From: Anaeromyxobacter sp.
GTDB taxonomy: Bacteria; Myxococcota; Myxococcia; Myxococcales; Anaeromyxobacteraceae
Length of the DNA stretch: 64,000 nucleotides
NCBI GenBank assembly: GCA_049840735.1
Contig: JASGJN010000026.1
Coordinates: 288,001 to 352,000 of the forward strand
Direction of reading: 5' to 3'
The notes beneath the pieces are model-generated. The model did not search any database. It was not told where the DNA came from and saw nothing but the letters and a program-made list of their open reading frames with translations. This document shows, piece after piece, positions 1 to 10,280 of this stretch. Numbering within the stretch: the first letter of the stretch is position 1; every line of letters starts with the position of its first letter. The translations under genes and the position numbers were made by a program.

Positions 1-333
1 GCCGCCGGCCCGGCGCCGCGCCCGGCCCCGTGGAGCGCGCTGGGCGCGCTGGCCCCGGCCTCCGACGTGGTCGTCAACGGGACCTCCATCGGCCTGCACG
101 GCCACCCCCCCCGCGTCGAGGCGCTGGCCTTCCGCCGCGGGCAGCTGGCGGTGGACTGGGTCTACGGCACCACCGCGTTCGCGCAGGCGGCCAGCGAGGC
201 CGGCGCGCGCGTGATCCGCGGAGAGGACCTGCTGGTGCGCCAGGGCGCGCTGGCCTTCAACCTCTGGACGGGGCGCGAGCCGCCGGAGGCCGAGATGGCC
301 GCCGCCATCGCCCGCCCCCAGGGAGCACACTGA
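1..333 (+). CDS. aroE: Shikimate dehydrogenase, C-terminal part (5' end outside window)
   Basis: [10 protein letters not shown]...DWVYG...[18 protein letters not shown] matches AroE C-terminus; directly upstream of aroC. Confidence 0.9.
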   Translation, partial: AAGPAPRPAPWSALGALAPASDVVVNGTSIGLHGHPPRVEALAFRRGQLAVDWVYGTTAFAQAASEAGARVIRGEDLLVRQGALAFNLWTGREPPEAEMAAAIARPQGAH

Positions 334-334
334 G

Positions 335-1480
335 ATGAGCCTCCGCTACCTCACCGCCGGCGAGTCGCACGGCCCGGGCCTGGTCGCCATCGCCGAGGGG
401 TTCCCGGCCGGGCTGACCGTCGACTTCGAGGCGGTGGACCGCGACCTGCGCCGCCGCCAGCGGGGCTACGGCCGCGGCGGCCGCATGAAGATCGAGACCG
501 ACTCGGCGCAGTTCCTGGCCGGCATCCGCGGCGGCACCACCACCGGCGCGCCCATCGCGCTGGTGGTCTGGAACAAGGACCACGAGAACTGGAAGGAGCT
601 GGTCAGCCCCTACGCCCGCGGCGGCCGCAAGTTCACGCAGGTCCGCCCCGGCCACGCCGACCTGGCCGGCTCGCTCAAGTACGACCTGGACGACGCCCGC
701 GACGTGCTGGAGCGGGCCAGCGCCCGCAACACCGCCAGCATCGTGGCGCTGGGCGCGCTGGCCAAGGCGCTGCTCTCGCGGCTCGGCGTCCAGGTCTGCT
801 CCCGGGTGGTGGCCATCGGGCCCCGCGCGCAGGCCTTCGCCGAGGTCCCCACCGCCGAGCAGCGGGCGGCCATCGAGGCCTCCGACCTGGGCGTGGAGGA
901 CGAGGCGCTGGCGGCCGAGTGGCGCGCGCTGATCGACGCCGAGAAGGCGCGCGGCGGCGCCATCGGCGGCGCGTTCGAGATTTACGCCACCGGGCTGCCG
1001 GTCGGCGTCGGCAGCCACGTCCACCCGGACCGCCGGCTGGACGCGCGGCTGGCCGGGGCGCTGTGCGGGATCCAGGCCATCCGCGCCGCCGAGATTGGGG
1101 CCGGCACCGAGGTGCACCGGCCCGGCCCGGAGTTCCAGGACGCCATCCAGGCGACCGGCGACCGGCAGTTCACCCGCGCCACCAACCGGGCCGGCGGCCT
1201 GGAGGGTGGGATGACCGACGGCATGCCGCTGCGGGTGAAGGGCTACATGAAGCCCATCCCCACCATGATGCAGCCGCTCCCCTCCATCGACCTCGCCACC
1301 CGCGAGGCGGTGCAGGCCAAGTACGAGCGCAGCGACGTCTGCGCCGTGCCCGCCGCCGCGGTGGTGGGCGAGGCGGTGGTGGCCTGGGAGCTGGCCAGCG
1401 CGCTGCTGGAGAAGTTCGGCGGCGACGCCGTGGTGGACATCGAGCGGGCCCTGGAGGCCTATGCCGCTCGCATCAAGTGA
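335..1480 (+). CDS. aroC: Chorismate synthase
   Basis: [46 protein letters not shown] signatures. Confidence 0.97.
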   Translation: MSLRYLTAGESHGPGLVAIAEGFPAGLTVDFEAVDRDLRRRQRGYGRGGRMKIETDSAQFLAGIRGGTTTGAPIALVVWNKDHENWKELVSPYARGGRKFTQVRPGHADLAGSLKYDLDDARDVLERASARNTASIVALGALAKALLSRLGVQVCSRVVAIGPRAQAFAEVPTAEQRAAIEASDLGVEDEALAAEWRALIDAEKARGGAIGGAFEIYATGLPVGVGSHVHPDRRLDARLAGALCGIQAIRAAEIGAGTEVHRPGPEFQDAIQATGDRQFTRATNRAGGLEGGMTDGMPLRVKGYMKPIPTMMQPLPSIDLATREAVQAKYERSDVCAVPAAAVVGEAVVAWELASALLEKFGGDAVVDIERALEAYAARIK

Positions 1481-1949
1481 GCTGCTGGCCGTGACCGGCA
1501 TGATGGGGTCGGGCAAGACCAGCACCACCCGCGTGCTGGCGCGCCTGCTCCACCGGCCGGTGATCGACCTCGACGACGAGATTGCCCGCACCGCCGGCAA
1601 GCCCATCCCGGCCATCTTCGAGCAGGACGGCGAGCCCGCCTTCCGCGCCCTGGAGCGGGCCGCGGTGGCCGCGCTGCCCCGGACCTGCATCGCCGACCTG
1701 GGCGGCGGCGCCTTCTGCGATCCGGCGAGCGCCGCGCTGCTGCTGGCCGCCGGCAAGGTGGTCTTCCTGGACGTCTCGCCCGAGGAGGCCGAGCGGCGCA
1801 TCGGCAAGGGCAAGGGGCGCCCCCTGGCGGCGCGCTGGGCCGAGCTGCGCCAGCAGCGCCTGCCGCTCTACCGCCGCGCCCACGTCACCATCGAGGTCGA
1901 CGGCCTCTCCCCCGAGGCCGTCGCCCGCCGCATCCTGGAGGTCCTGTGA
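1461..1949 (+). CDS. aroK: Shikimate kinase
   Basis: Walker [32 protein letters not shown]; aro operon context. Confidence 0.95.
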   Translation: MPLASSELLAVTGMMGSGKTSTTRVLARLLHRPVIDLDDEIARTAGKPIPAIFEQDGEPAFRALERAAVAALPRTCIADLGGGAFCDPASAALLLAAGKVVFLDVSPEEAERRIGKGKGRPLAARWAELRQQRLPLYRRAHVTIEVDGLSPEAVARRILEVL

Positions 1950-3286
1950 GCCCTCGCGCCTCGAAGAAGCCCGTGATCCGCCCCGCCCCCGGCGTGCTGG
2001 GGACCGCCGGGCGCAAGAAGGCCGGTCGCGGCAAGGTCGCCGCCACGAAACCTGCTCGCGCCGCCACGAAGGCCGCGGGCGGTGCAACGCACTCCGTTCG
2101 CGCTGAGCCTGTCGAAGCGCGAACGGTCGCGCTGGTGGACACGCTGGAGCGCGTGGAGGTCCCCGTCACCCCCGACGTGGTCGAGGTGATCCCCGCCGCG
2201 CAGGGCGACCACGCCTACCCGGTCCGCGTCGGCCCCGGCGCCATCGACGTGCTGCCCGAGCTCCTGGACGGCGTGGATCGCGTGGTGCTGGTGAGCTGCA
2301 AGCCGGTGCTGGCCACGCCCTTCGGCCAGGCCTTCGCCGGCCGCCTGGAGGGGCAGGCCGGCTTCGCCGGCACCATCGTGCTCCCCGACGGCGAGGCCGG
2401 AAAGACGCTGGCCCAGCTGGAGAAGGCCGCGGTGCAGCTGCTCCAGAGCGGCGCCACGCGGCGCAGCCTGGTGGTGGGGCTGGGCGGCGGCGCGGTGACC
2501 GACGCGGCCGGCTTCCTGGCCGCCACCTTCATGCGCGGCATCCGCTGGGTGGCCGTGCCCACCACGGTCCTGGCCATGGTGGACGCCGCCATCGGCGGCA
2601 AGACCGCGGTCAACCTGCCGGTGGCCAAGAACGCGGTGGGCGCCTTCCACCCGCCCATCGCCGTGCTGGCCGACCCGGACGCGCTGGCCACGCTCCCGCA
2701 GCGCGAGCGGGCCAGCGGCAAGGGCGAGGTCATCAAGTATGGGGCGCTGCAGCCCGGGTTGCTCGACACCTTCGCCAGCGCCTGCGCCCGGCCCACGATC
2801 TCCGCCGCCATCCTGGCCACCTGCGCCCGCATGAAGGTGGACGTGGTGGCCGACGACCCCACCGAGCAGGGCCCTCGCAAGCTCCTCAACCTGGGCCACA
2901 CCTACGGCCACGGCGTGGAGGCGGCCGGCGGCTTCTCCCGCTACACCCACGGCGAGGCGGTCGCGGTGGGGCTGGCCTACGCCTTCCGGCTGGCGCGGCG
3001 GCTGGGCCGGGTGGATGATGCGGCGGTCGAGCGGGTGGAGGCGGCGCTGGTGAAGGCGGGCCTGCCCGTCGCGGTGCCGGAGAAGCTGGCCAGGGCCGCG
3101 CTGGGCCACATGGCCTTCGACAAGAAGCGGACCGCGGCCGGGCTGCGCTGGGTGCTGCCGCGCAGCGAGGGGCGCGGCTGGCGGGTGGAGTGGGACGTGG
3201 AGGCCGACGCGGCGGCGGTGGAGGCCACCGCGGCCGAGGTGGTCTCGAAGGAGCGGCGCCCGGCCGGGCGCGGGAGGCGGTCGTGA
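1946..3286 (+). CDS. aroB: 3-dehydroquinate synthase with basic N-terminal extension
   Basis: GEAGKT, GGGAVTDAAGF, PTTVLAMVDAAIGGKT, KNAVGAF, LNLGHTYGH, HGEAVA. Confidence 0.96.
   Translation: MSPRASKKPVIRPAPGVLGTAGRKKAGRGKVAATKPARAATKAAGGATHSVRAEPVEARTVALVDTLERVEVPVTPDVVEVIPAAQGDHAYPVRVGPGAIDVLPELLDGVDRVVLVSCKPVLATPFGQAFAGRLEGQAGFAGTIVLPDGEAGKTLAQLEKAAVQLLQSGATRRSLVVGLGGGAVTDAAGFLAATFMRGIRWVAVPTTVLAMVDAAIGGKTAVNLPVAKNAVGAFHPPIAVLADPDALATLPQRERASGKGEVIKYGALQPGLLDTFASACARPTISAAILATCARMKVDVVADDPTEQGPRKLLNLGHTYGHGVEAAGGFSRYTHGEAVAVGLAYAFRLARRLGRVDDAAVERVEAALVKAGLPVAVPEKLARAALGHMAFDKKRTAAGLRWVLPRSEGRGWRVEWDVEADAAAVEATAAEVVSKERRPAGRGRRS
2094..2126. repeat. Short REP-like repeat in-frame within aroB
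   Basis: CCGTTCGCGCT-GAGCCTGTCGA-AGCGCGAACGG: 11-bp stem, 33 nt, shares CTGAGC/GTCGAAG core with intergenic repeats. Confidence 0.75.
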
Positions 3287-3757
3287 TCCTGTTGTTGAAC
3301 GGACCCAACCTGAACCTGCTGGGCGAGCGCGAGCCGGAGATTCTACGGCTCGACCACGCTGCCGGAGATCGAGAAGCTGGTGAAGGACGCCTGCGCGGCC
3401 TGGGACCTGGAGGTGAAGGCCTTCCAGTCCAACCACGAGGGCGCCCTCATCGACTTCGTGCAGGAGCACCGGAAGGCCGCCCAGGGCGTGATCATCAACC
3501 CCGGCGCCTACACCCACACCAGCGTGGCCATCCACGACTGCCTGAAGGCGCTGCCGGTCCCCACGGTCGAGGTCCACATCTCCAACATCCACGCCCGCGA
3601 GAGCTTCCGGCGCACCAGCGTCATCTCGCCGGCCACCCGCGGCCAGATTGTCGGGCTGGGGATCCGCGGCTACATCCTGGCCGCCGAGTGGCTCTGCGCC
3701 GAGATCGGCGCCGTGCCGCGCGAGGGCGGCGGGCCGCGGCGGCCGTCGGCGGCGTAG
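3283..3757 (+). CDS. aroQ: Type II 3-dehydroquinate dehydratase, one frameshift at ~3341 (probable sequencing error)
   Basis: LLNGPNLNLLGEREPEI joins YGSTTL...QSNHEG...NPGAYTHTS...EVHISN if one T is removed from GAGATTCTAC. Confidence 0.93.
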
Positions 3758-3832
3758 GGGACGGGCCGAGGCGCGGCGCGCGCCGCGCCCGGATCTGCTC
3801 AGCTGCGGCCACGGCTGCGGTACAAGTGCGGG

Positions 3833-4768
3833 ATGCGCGTGGTCTTCCTGCTCATGGCCGTGCTCGGCATGGTCGCGATCTTCGTCGTCGGGCACCGCCT
3901 CTTCGCTCCGCGTCACCCCGCAAAGGCGCCTCCGCCCGCCAAGATCGTCGAGGCGCCCGGCGCGCCGCTGGCTGGCACGGACGTCCCGCTCCCCGCCGAG
4001 CTCGAGGGGTACCGCGCGCAGCTCGAGGCGGCGCTCGCGCCCAGCGCCCGGCTGCAGCCGGGAGGTGAGCCCGTGGCGCGCCTCGGCGGCAAGCCGGGCT
4101 TGCCCGCGGGCGTGGCGTGGCCTCGCTCGCCCAGGGGCGCCATGTCCTTCCTGGGCGCGCTCGACCTGGCGGCGCTGCACCGGGCCGCGCCCGAGGCGGC
4201 GGCGGGCCTGCCCGCCAGCGGGCAGCTCCTCCTCTTCTACGACGCGGAGGAGCAGCGCTGGGGCTTCGAGCCGTCCGACGGCGCCTTCTTCAAGCTCCTG
4301 CACGTCCCCGCAGCCAGCGCAGCGCGGACCGCGCCCAAGGGCGCGGAGACCTTCCCGGAGCGCGTGCTGGGCGCGAAGCCGGTGCGCGTGCTCGGGGACG
4401 ACCCGCTGCCCGGCGCGAAGCTGTCGGACGCCGACGCGGACGCGCTCTACGAACACGCTGCGGCGCTGGCCCCCGAGCCGGACCATCGCGTGGGAGGGCC
4501 GCCGAGCTGGATCCAGGACGACGGAAGGCTGGACGCCGCGATCACCGCGGTGGGCGGCTCCGCGGGATCGCCGAAGCAGGTGGAGGAGGCGCGCCGGACC
4601 CGGTCGCCCGGTCCCGAGTCCGAGTGGCAGCTGCTGTGGCAGCTCGACAGCGACGACGCCGCGGGCTTCATGTGGGGCGACGCGGGCCGCCTCTACGTGC
4701 TGATCCGCACCGCCGATCTCCGCGCCGGCCGCTTCGACCGCGCCTGGCTCGTGCTGCAGTGCTACTGA
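3833..4768 (+). CDS. DUF1963/YwqG-family protein with N-terminal membrane anchor
   Basis: RLGGKP, LPASGQLLLFYD, LLWQLDSD...FMWGDAGRLY, final LQCY. Confidence 0.85.
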   Translation: MRVVFLLMAVLGMVAIFVVGHRLFAPRHPAKAPPPAKIVEAPGAPLAGTDVPLPAELEGYRAQLEAALAPSARLQPGGEPVARLGGKPGLPAGVAWPRSPRGAMSFLGALDLAALHRAAPEAAAGLPASGQLLLFYDAEEQRWGFEPSDGAFFKLLHVPAASAARTAPKGAETFPERVLGAKPVRVLGDDPLPGAKLSDADADALYEHAAALAPEPDHRVGGPPSWIQDDGRLDAAITAVGGSAGSPKQVEEARRTRSPGPESEWQLLWQLDSDDAAGFMWGDAGRLYVLIRTADLRAGRFDRAWLVLQCY

Positions 4769-4945
4769 GCCGCGACCCCCGACCTCCGCGCGCCGGACCG
4801 CGGCGTGTACGCGGGCTGGGCCGACCTGGCCACGGCCGCGGCGCCGGGGAGATCGGCGCCATCCCACACCGCCGCCCCTGCGGCTACCCTTCCACGCCCT
4901 CGCTCGCTTGTCCGACGCGCGGACCGCGCGTACGATCGCCGGCAC

Positions 4946-5585
4946 GTGTTCAACTTCCGCCGCAAGCCGCCCACCCGCGCCGAGCTGGTCGCGCGCGCCG
5001 ACAAGGCCCGCGTGCGCGGTCGGCTCAAGTCGGCCGCGGCCGGCTACCGCCAGGCGCTCGACAAGGACGACCCGACGGATCCAGCGGTGCACGTGAAGCT
5101 GGGCCCGGTGCTGGCCAAGCTCAACGACCACGCCGGCTCGGCCAGCTCCTTCCGCACCGCCGCGCAGCGCTTCCTGGACGCCGGCTTCATCGACCGCGCC
5201 GCGGCGGTGCTGACCAACGCCGCGGCGGTCCTGCCGCTGGAGCCGGGCTTCCGCAACGAGCTGGCCAAGCTGGAGCTGAAAGCGCGGGCGCAAGCGCGAC
5301 GCGGTCGAGACGCTGGCCGACGGCGGCATCACCCTGCTGCACGCGAAGCGCGAGGGCGTGGCGGTGGAGATGCTGCAGAAGGCGCTGGAGCTGGATCCCG
5401 ACCACCTCGAGGCCGGCCTGGCCCTGGCCCCGGCGCTGGCCCGCCGCGGCGAGCGCGTGCACGCGCTGCGCATCCTGCGCCGGCTGGAGAAGCAGGCCCT
5501 GGGCAAGCTCAAGCGCCGGGTGCGCTGGGTGACGTTCCGGGTGGATCCGTCGTTCGGGACGTTCTGGCACTGGCTGCGGGCGTGA
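4946..5585 (+). CDS. TPR-repeat protein, frameshift at ~5280
   Basis: Helical TPR-like repeats (YRQALDKDDP, LQKALELDPDHLEAGLAL); frames join if one A is removed from CTGAAAGCGC. Confidence 0.7.
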
Positions 5586-5693
5586 GCCCGGCGTGGCGAG
5601 GGGTCCCAGCCCCCCGTCGCTCCCCCTGCGCAGGCGCCACCCCACCCCGCCGGAGCGCGCGGCCGCGCGGCGCGGGGCGTATCCTCTCCGTGG

Positions 5694-6531
5694 ATGCCCC
5701 GCCGGCTCGACGCGAAGGAGCAGGAGCGGCGCGCCGCGCGGCGCGGTCCGCCGGCGCCGGTGGCCGCGCCGGCGGGCGAGGCGCTGGCCATGCTGGCGCG
5801 TCGCGGCCTGCATCCGCTGCTGGCCCGGCCCGACCTGCCCTTCCCGCGCGACCTCGACCCCGCCGCGCTGGACGCCGTCGCCGAGCGGCTGGGCCACTGA
5901 TGGGTTCCGGCTCTTCCTGCGCGGCGCCATCCTGGCCCGCGGCCCCTTCCGGCCGGAGGAGGCCACCCGCTACCTGTCCGCCGAGGACGCCCGCCGCGCC
6001 GGGGAGCAGCTCGTGGCGCTGGGGCTGGCGCGCGCGCTCGACGACGGCCGGCTGGCGCTGCGCCAGCGGGCGCGAAGCTTCGGGAGCACGCTGGAGTGGT
6101 GGGTGGCGCGCGAGCTCTCGCGCCGGCTGGCGGCGGACGTGGCCTGCGGGGTCCGCTCCGGCGCGGCAGGGGTGGGCGGCGACCTGGACGTGGTGGCGGC
6201 GCTGGAGGGCAGGCTGCTCTACCTGGAGCTCAAGTCCGGCCCGCCCAAGCACCTCATGCCCGCCGAGGTGGCCGCCTTCTACCGCCGGCTGCGCGCGCTC
6301 CGCCCGCACCTCAGCATCTTCGCGCTCGACACCGCGCTGCGCCTCGGGGACAAGGTGGTGCCCATGCTGGCCGAGGGCGCCGGCCCCTCGGCGCGGCCGG
6401 AGGCGCTGCGGCGCGACGTCTGGCGCATCGCGCCCGGGCTCTACGCGGCCAGCGCCCGGGGCGAGCTGGTCGAGAACCTGTGCCTGGCGGTCGCCGACGG
6501 GCTGGCCGCCCTGGCGCCGGACCCACCCTGA
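5694..6531 (+). CDS. Hypothetical protein with PD-(D/E)XK nuclease-like C-terminal domain, frameshift at ~5899
   Basis: FGSTLEWWV...GGDLDVV...LLYLELKSG; frames join if G5899 is removed (CAC TAT GGG TTC). Confidence 0.65.
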
Positions 6532-6587
6532 GCACGCGCGGCCGAGGTTGACCTTCCCCCGGCCCTTGGCCTACTGATCGCAACAGG

Positions 6588-6631
6588 CCGTTCGCGGTGA
6601 CCCTTCGACAGGCTCAGGGGAACCGCGAACA
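6588..6631. repeat. Short REP-like repeat
   Basis: GTTCGCGGT..CCCTTCGACAGGCTCAGGG..ACCGCGAAC hairpin; reverse of the 2094 core. Confidence 0.7.
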
Positions 6632-6672
6632 GCCCCGTCCGTCCAGTGCCGCCCCGCAGGAGGTTAGCCGCG

Positions 6673-7881
6673 ATGAGGTCGCTGCTGTCGCTGACGCTGG
6701 TGCTGTCCGCCCTGGCCGCCCGCCCGGCCGCGGCGGCGCCGGAGGTGGTGGTCTGGTGCGCCTTCCGCGCCCAGGAGCGGGCCGCCTTCGAGAAGGTGGT
6801 GGCGAGCTACAACGCCCGCCCCGAGGCCAAGGCCCAGGTGCGCGTGGTGGCGGTCCCGTTCGACGCCTTCTCCGACAAGATCTCGGCGGCGGTGCCGCGC
6901 GGCAAGGGGCCGGACATCTTCATCTACCCGCAGGACCGGCTGGGCGGCTGGGTGGACACCGGCAACACGGTCGAGCCCATCGACTTCTACGTCACCGACG
7001 AGGTGCGGGCCCGCTTCCCGGCGCCGGCGCTGGCGGCGCTCACCTACCGCGGGCAGCTCTGGGGCCTGCCGCTCAACTACAAGGCGCTGGCGCTGATCTA
7101 CAACCGCAAGCTCCTGCCGCAGCCGCCCCGCACCACCGCCGAGCTGGAGGCGCTGGCGCGCAAGCTGACCCGCAAGTCGGCCGGCCGCTACGCCTTCGCC
7201 TTCCCCTACGGCGAGCCCTACTACTACGCGCCGCTCATCAACGGCTTCGAGGGCGGCGTGCTGGACGCCAAGGGGCAGGCCACGCTGGACCTCCCGGGCA
7301 ACGTGAAGGCCTTCGAGCTGCTGATGCGCTGGAAGCGGGCCGGGTGGCTGCCGGAGGAGGCCTCGCCGTCGCTCATCACCTCGCTCATGAACGAAGGGAA
7401 GCTGGCCATGGCCTTCTCGGGACCGTGGATGCTCTCGGAGATCGCGCCGGAGGTGGACGTGGGCGTGGCTCCCTTGCCGTCCCTGAGCGAGCACGGAGGG
7501 AAGCCCATGCGCCCGTGGGTGACGGTGGAGGGCGCCTACGTCTCGGCCGGCTCGGCCAACAAGGAGGCGGCCTTCGACTTCATCTCCTACCTCACCGACC
7601 TGGAGGCGGCCCGGGTGATGGCGCTGCAGGGCCGGGAGTGTCCGGTCAACAGCCAGGTCTGGCAGGACGAGGCGGTGGGCCAGGACCCGGTGCTGAGCGT
7701 CTTCCACCGGCAGGGCGAGGTGGGCGTGCCCATGCCCAACCTGGCGGAGATGACGCTGATGTGGCCGCGCCTGACCAAGGCGGGCGGCGAGATCCTGCGC
7801 GGCACGCGGCCGAAGGACGCGCTGGAGAAGGCGCAGCGCGGCCTGGTGGACGACCTGGCGGCGTTCCACCGGAAGAAGTGA
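6673..7881 (+). CDS. Maltose/maltodextrin-type ABC substrate-binding protein (MalE-like)
   Basis: Signal peptide, GKGPDIF..PQDRLG, LIYNRKLL, SGPW, PMPNLAEM; next to a GH13 gene. Confidence 0.88.
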   Translation: MRSLLSLTLVLSALAARPAAAAPEVVVWCAFRAQERAAFEKVVASYNARPEAKAQVRVVAVPFDAFSDKISAAVPRGKGPDIFIYPQDRLGGWVDTGNTVEPIDFYVTDEVRARFPAPALAALTYRGQLWGLPLNYKALALIYNRKLLPQPPRTTAELEALARKLTRKSAGRYAFAFPYGEPYYYAPLINGFEGGVLDAKGQATLDLPGNVKAFELLMRWKRAGWLPEEASPSLITSLMNEGKLAMAFSGPWMLSEIAPEVDVGVAPLPSLSEHGGKPMRPWVTVEGAYVSAGSANKEAAFDFISYLTDLEAARVMALQGRECPVNSQVWQDEAVGQDPVLSVFHRQGEVGVPMPNLAEMTLMWPRLTKAGGEILRGTRPKDALEKAQRGLVDDLAAFHRKK

Positions 7882-7889
7882 GGCCCTGG

Positions 7890-8175
7890 CCTTCGACTCC
7901 GCCGTCGCCGTTGGCGACGGCTACGCTCAGGCCGAACGGTGGACCCAACTCTGAGACCTGAGCCCAGGCCGCACCCAAAGCCCCGTTCGTGCTGAGCGTA
8001 GCGAGCCCGCAGGGCTCGCGGAGTCGGAGGCCAGGGACCGGTCTCAGGCAACGCCCCGTTCGTGCTGAGCGTAGCGAGCCCGCAGGGCTCGCGGAGTCGG
8101 AGGCCAGGGACCGGTCTCAGGCAACGCCCCGTTCGTGCTGAGCGTAGCGAGCCCGCAGGGCTCGCGGAGTCGAAG
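7890..8175. repeat. REP cluster: one reverse copy plus three tandem forward copies (73-bp period)
   Basis: CCCCGTTCGTGCTGAGCGTAGCGAGCCCGCAGGGCTCGCGGAGTCG at 7981, 8054, 8127; between convergent genes. Confidence 0.92.
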
Positions 8176-8183
8176 CACAGGGC

Positions 8184-10070
8184 CTACCGCTCCACCCGCG
8201 CCTTCCACACGCCCGACCCGCGTCCGCCGTCCTTCAGCGCCAGCCGCCCCTCGACCAGCTCCAGCGAGCTCCCCGCCGACGGCTCGAGCAGCGGCTCCAG
8301 CGCGGCGAGGCCGTGCAGCGCCGCGTCCAGCGTGATCTCGGCCGGGGCCCCGGCGCGCGACACCAGGCCCAGCACGGCGGTCTCTCCCAGGAACCGCCCC
8401 AGCAGGATCCGGTCGTCGTCCACGTGCAGGAAGCGGAGCGCGCCCAGCCGCAGCGCCTCCTCACGGGCGCGCAGCGCCACCAGCGGGCGGTAGAGCCCGG
8501 TGAACTCCGGCCGCCAGCGCCGCTCGCTCCACTCCATGGGCAGCCGGACGCCCTCCATGTCCTCCGGCCACCCGCCCAGCCCGACCTCGTCGCCGTAGTA
8601 GACGCTGGGGCTGCCCGGCAGGAGGAACTGCGCCACGACCAGCCCGCGGTACAGCCCCGGCTCGTGGAGGGCCGGGAAGGTGTGCAGGCGGTACAGGTCG
8701 TGCGAGTCGAGCATGTTCATGGCCAGGTACGGGGCCAGGTGCGGCAGCCGCGCGTAGTAGGCCCGGATCATGGCCACCGTGTCCGCGCCGGAGAGCGGGA
8801 AGTCCGCCACCACTGGCCGCGGCGTGGTGCCGTCCACGTACCGGTCGCGCTCGCCGGCGAAGGCGCGCAGCGGCCGGGCGCAGGCGGCGTAGTTCATGAA
8901 GCCGTCCCACTGGTCGCCGCGCAGGTAGTCGGCCGGGTCCTGCCAGGCCTCGCCCACGATCAGCGCCTCCGGGTTCTCCTCCTTCACCGCCTTCCGCACG
9001 CCGCGGAACACCTCGTGGCCGAGCTGCACCGGGCCGCGCCGCGCGGTCTGGTCGCCCACGTCGAAGCGCCAGCCGTCGATGGCGTAGGGCGCGCGCAGCC
9101 ACTTGCGGACCGCGCTCGCCTTCCCCTCCCAGACGAGCTTCCGCAGCCTCGCCGAGCGGTAGTCGAGCTGGGGCAGGGTGGGCACGTCCCACCAGCCCTG
9201 CAGCCTCCCCTCCGGCGTGCGGTGGTAGAACCCGGCCTCCGGCGCGGCCGGGTCGGCCGCGGCCGCCCTGGCCCAGGGGTGGTCCGAGCCGGTGTGGTTG
9301 ATGGACACGTCCAGCACCACGCGCAGCCCGGCCTGGTGCGCCGCGGCGGTGAGCCGCCGGAGCGCCGGGTCGCCGCCCAGGTGCGGATCGACGTGCAGGT
9401 AGTCGATGCAGTCGTAGCGGTGGATGGTGCGGGCCGCGAAGATGGGGTTCAGGTACAGCGTCCTCACCCCCAGGCCGGCCAGGTAGGGCAGCTTCTTGCG
9501 GATGCCGTCCAGGTCGCCGTTGTAGAAGTCGAGGCAGCGGGCCTCGGCGTAGCTGGGCGGCCGGTCGCCCCAGGCCATCTCGCGGGTGGCCACCCCGTCG
9601 AACACGTACTCGCCGGCCTTCACGCCGTGGCTGCGCCGGGCGCGGTGGAAGCGGTCCGGGAAGATCTGGTAGGTGGAACCCTCGGTGAACCAGAGCGGCG
9701 GCCGCTGATCGGCAAGCACCACGAAGTCGCCGTCGGCCACCGGGTGGAAGCGGCCGGCGCCGGCGCGGTTCACGAAGAAGACGCCGTCGTCGCTGTCGAG
9801 GATGAGCGAGAAGCGCAGCTCGGGCTCGCGCTGGGTCAGCGGCAGCGTCCAGGTGGTGAAGCGTCGCCCGTCCCCGGCGCGGCTGAAGGCGCGGTTGTGG
9901 TACTCGCCGTCGAGCCGGCAGTGGAGCATCGCCTTGCGGATGGGCGCCTCCTTCCAGAGCCGGAAGGAGAGCTCCAGCGGCTCGCCCAGCGCCGGGCAGA
10001 GCGGCTTCACGTAGTCAGGGGCGATGTCGAAGGCGAGGCTGCCGAGCCAGGTGGGGAGGGCTGCGCCCAT
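8184..10070 (-). CDS. GH13 maltodextrin glucosidase/neopullulanase-like enzyme
   Basis: YQIFPDRF, GDLDGI, LYLNPIF, HRYD, DVSINHTG, DGWRFDV, GEAW, LDSHD, YYGDEVG. Confidence 0.93.
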   Translation of the reverse strand: MGAALPTWLGSLAFDIAPDYVKPLCPALGEPLELSFRLWKEAPIRKAMLHCRLDGEYHNRAFSRAGDGRRFTTWTLPLTQREPELRFSLILDSDDGVFFVNRAGAGRFHPVADGDFVVLADQRPPLWFTEGSTYQIFPDRFHRARRSHGVKAGEYVFDGVATREMAWGDRPPSYAEARCLDFYNGDLDGIRKKLPYLAGLGVRTLYLNPIFAARTIHRYDCIDYLHVDPHLGGDPALRRLTAAAHQAGLRVVLDVSINHTGSDHPWARAAAADPAAPEAGFYHRTPEGRLQGWWDVPTLPQLDYRSARLRKLVWEGKASAVRKWLRAPYAIDGWRFDVGDQTARRGPVQLGHEVFRGVRKAVKEENPEALIVGEAWQDPADYLRGDQWDGFMNYAACARPLRAFAGERDRYVDGTTPRPVVADFPLSGADTVAMIRAYYARLPHLAPYLAMNMLDSHDLYRLHTFPALHEPGLYRGLVVAQFLLPGSPSVYYGDEVGLGGWPEDMEGVRLPMEWSERRWRPEFTGLYRPLVALRAREEALRLGALRFLHVDDDRILLGRFLGETAVLGLVSRAGAPAEITLDAALHGLAALEPLLEPSAGSSLELVEGRLALKDGGRGSGVWKARVER

Positions 10071-10280
10071 GCCGTCGCACTCTACAGGAGGAGGCGGCGG
10101 CTGGCGTGAACGCGATGTTCACGTTCACCATCGGGTAACCCCGGGGGTTCTCCCCCGGCCGGCGGGGCAGGCGGGGAGGGCGGACGCGCGGTCCGGAGGT
10201 GTTCCAGGCCCGGACCCCCGGTCCGGCCGGAGCCCCGCCCGCCCCGGGATTGTCCCAGGGCGAGCGGGGCCAGACCTACA

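Noticed and set aside
3283..3757. aroQ pseudogene or programmed frameshift
   Set aside because: No slippery sequence, otherwise intact, and similar single indels occur across the window
1868..5791. Long antisense and alternative-frame ORFs here and across the window
   Set aside because: Arg/Ala/Gly/Pro-rich shadows of real genes with no recognisable motifs
7981..8175. Mini CRISPR array
   Set aside because: Identical 73-bp tandem units with no spacer diversity and no cas genes
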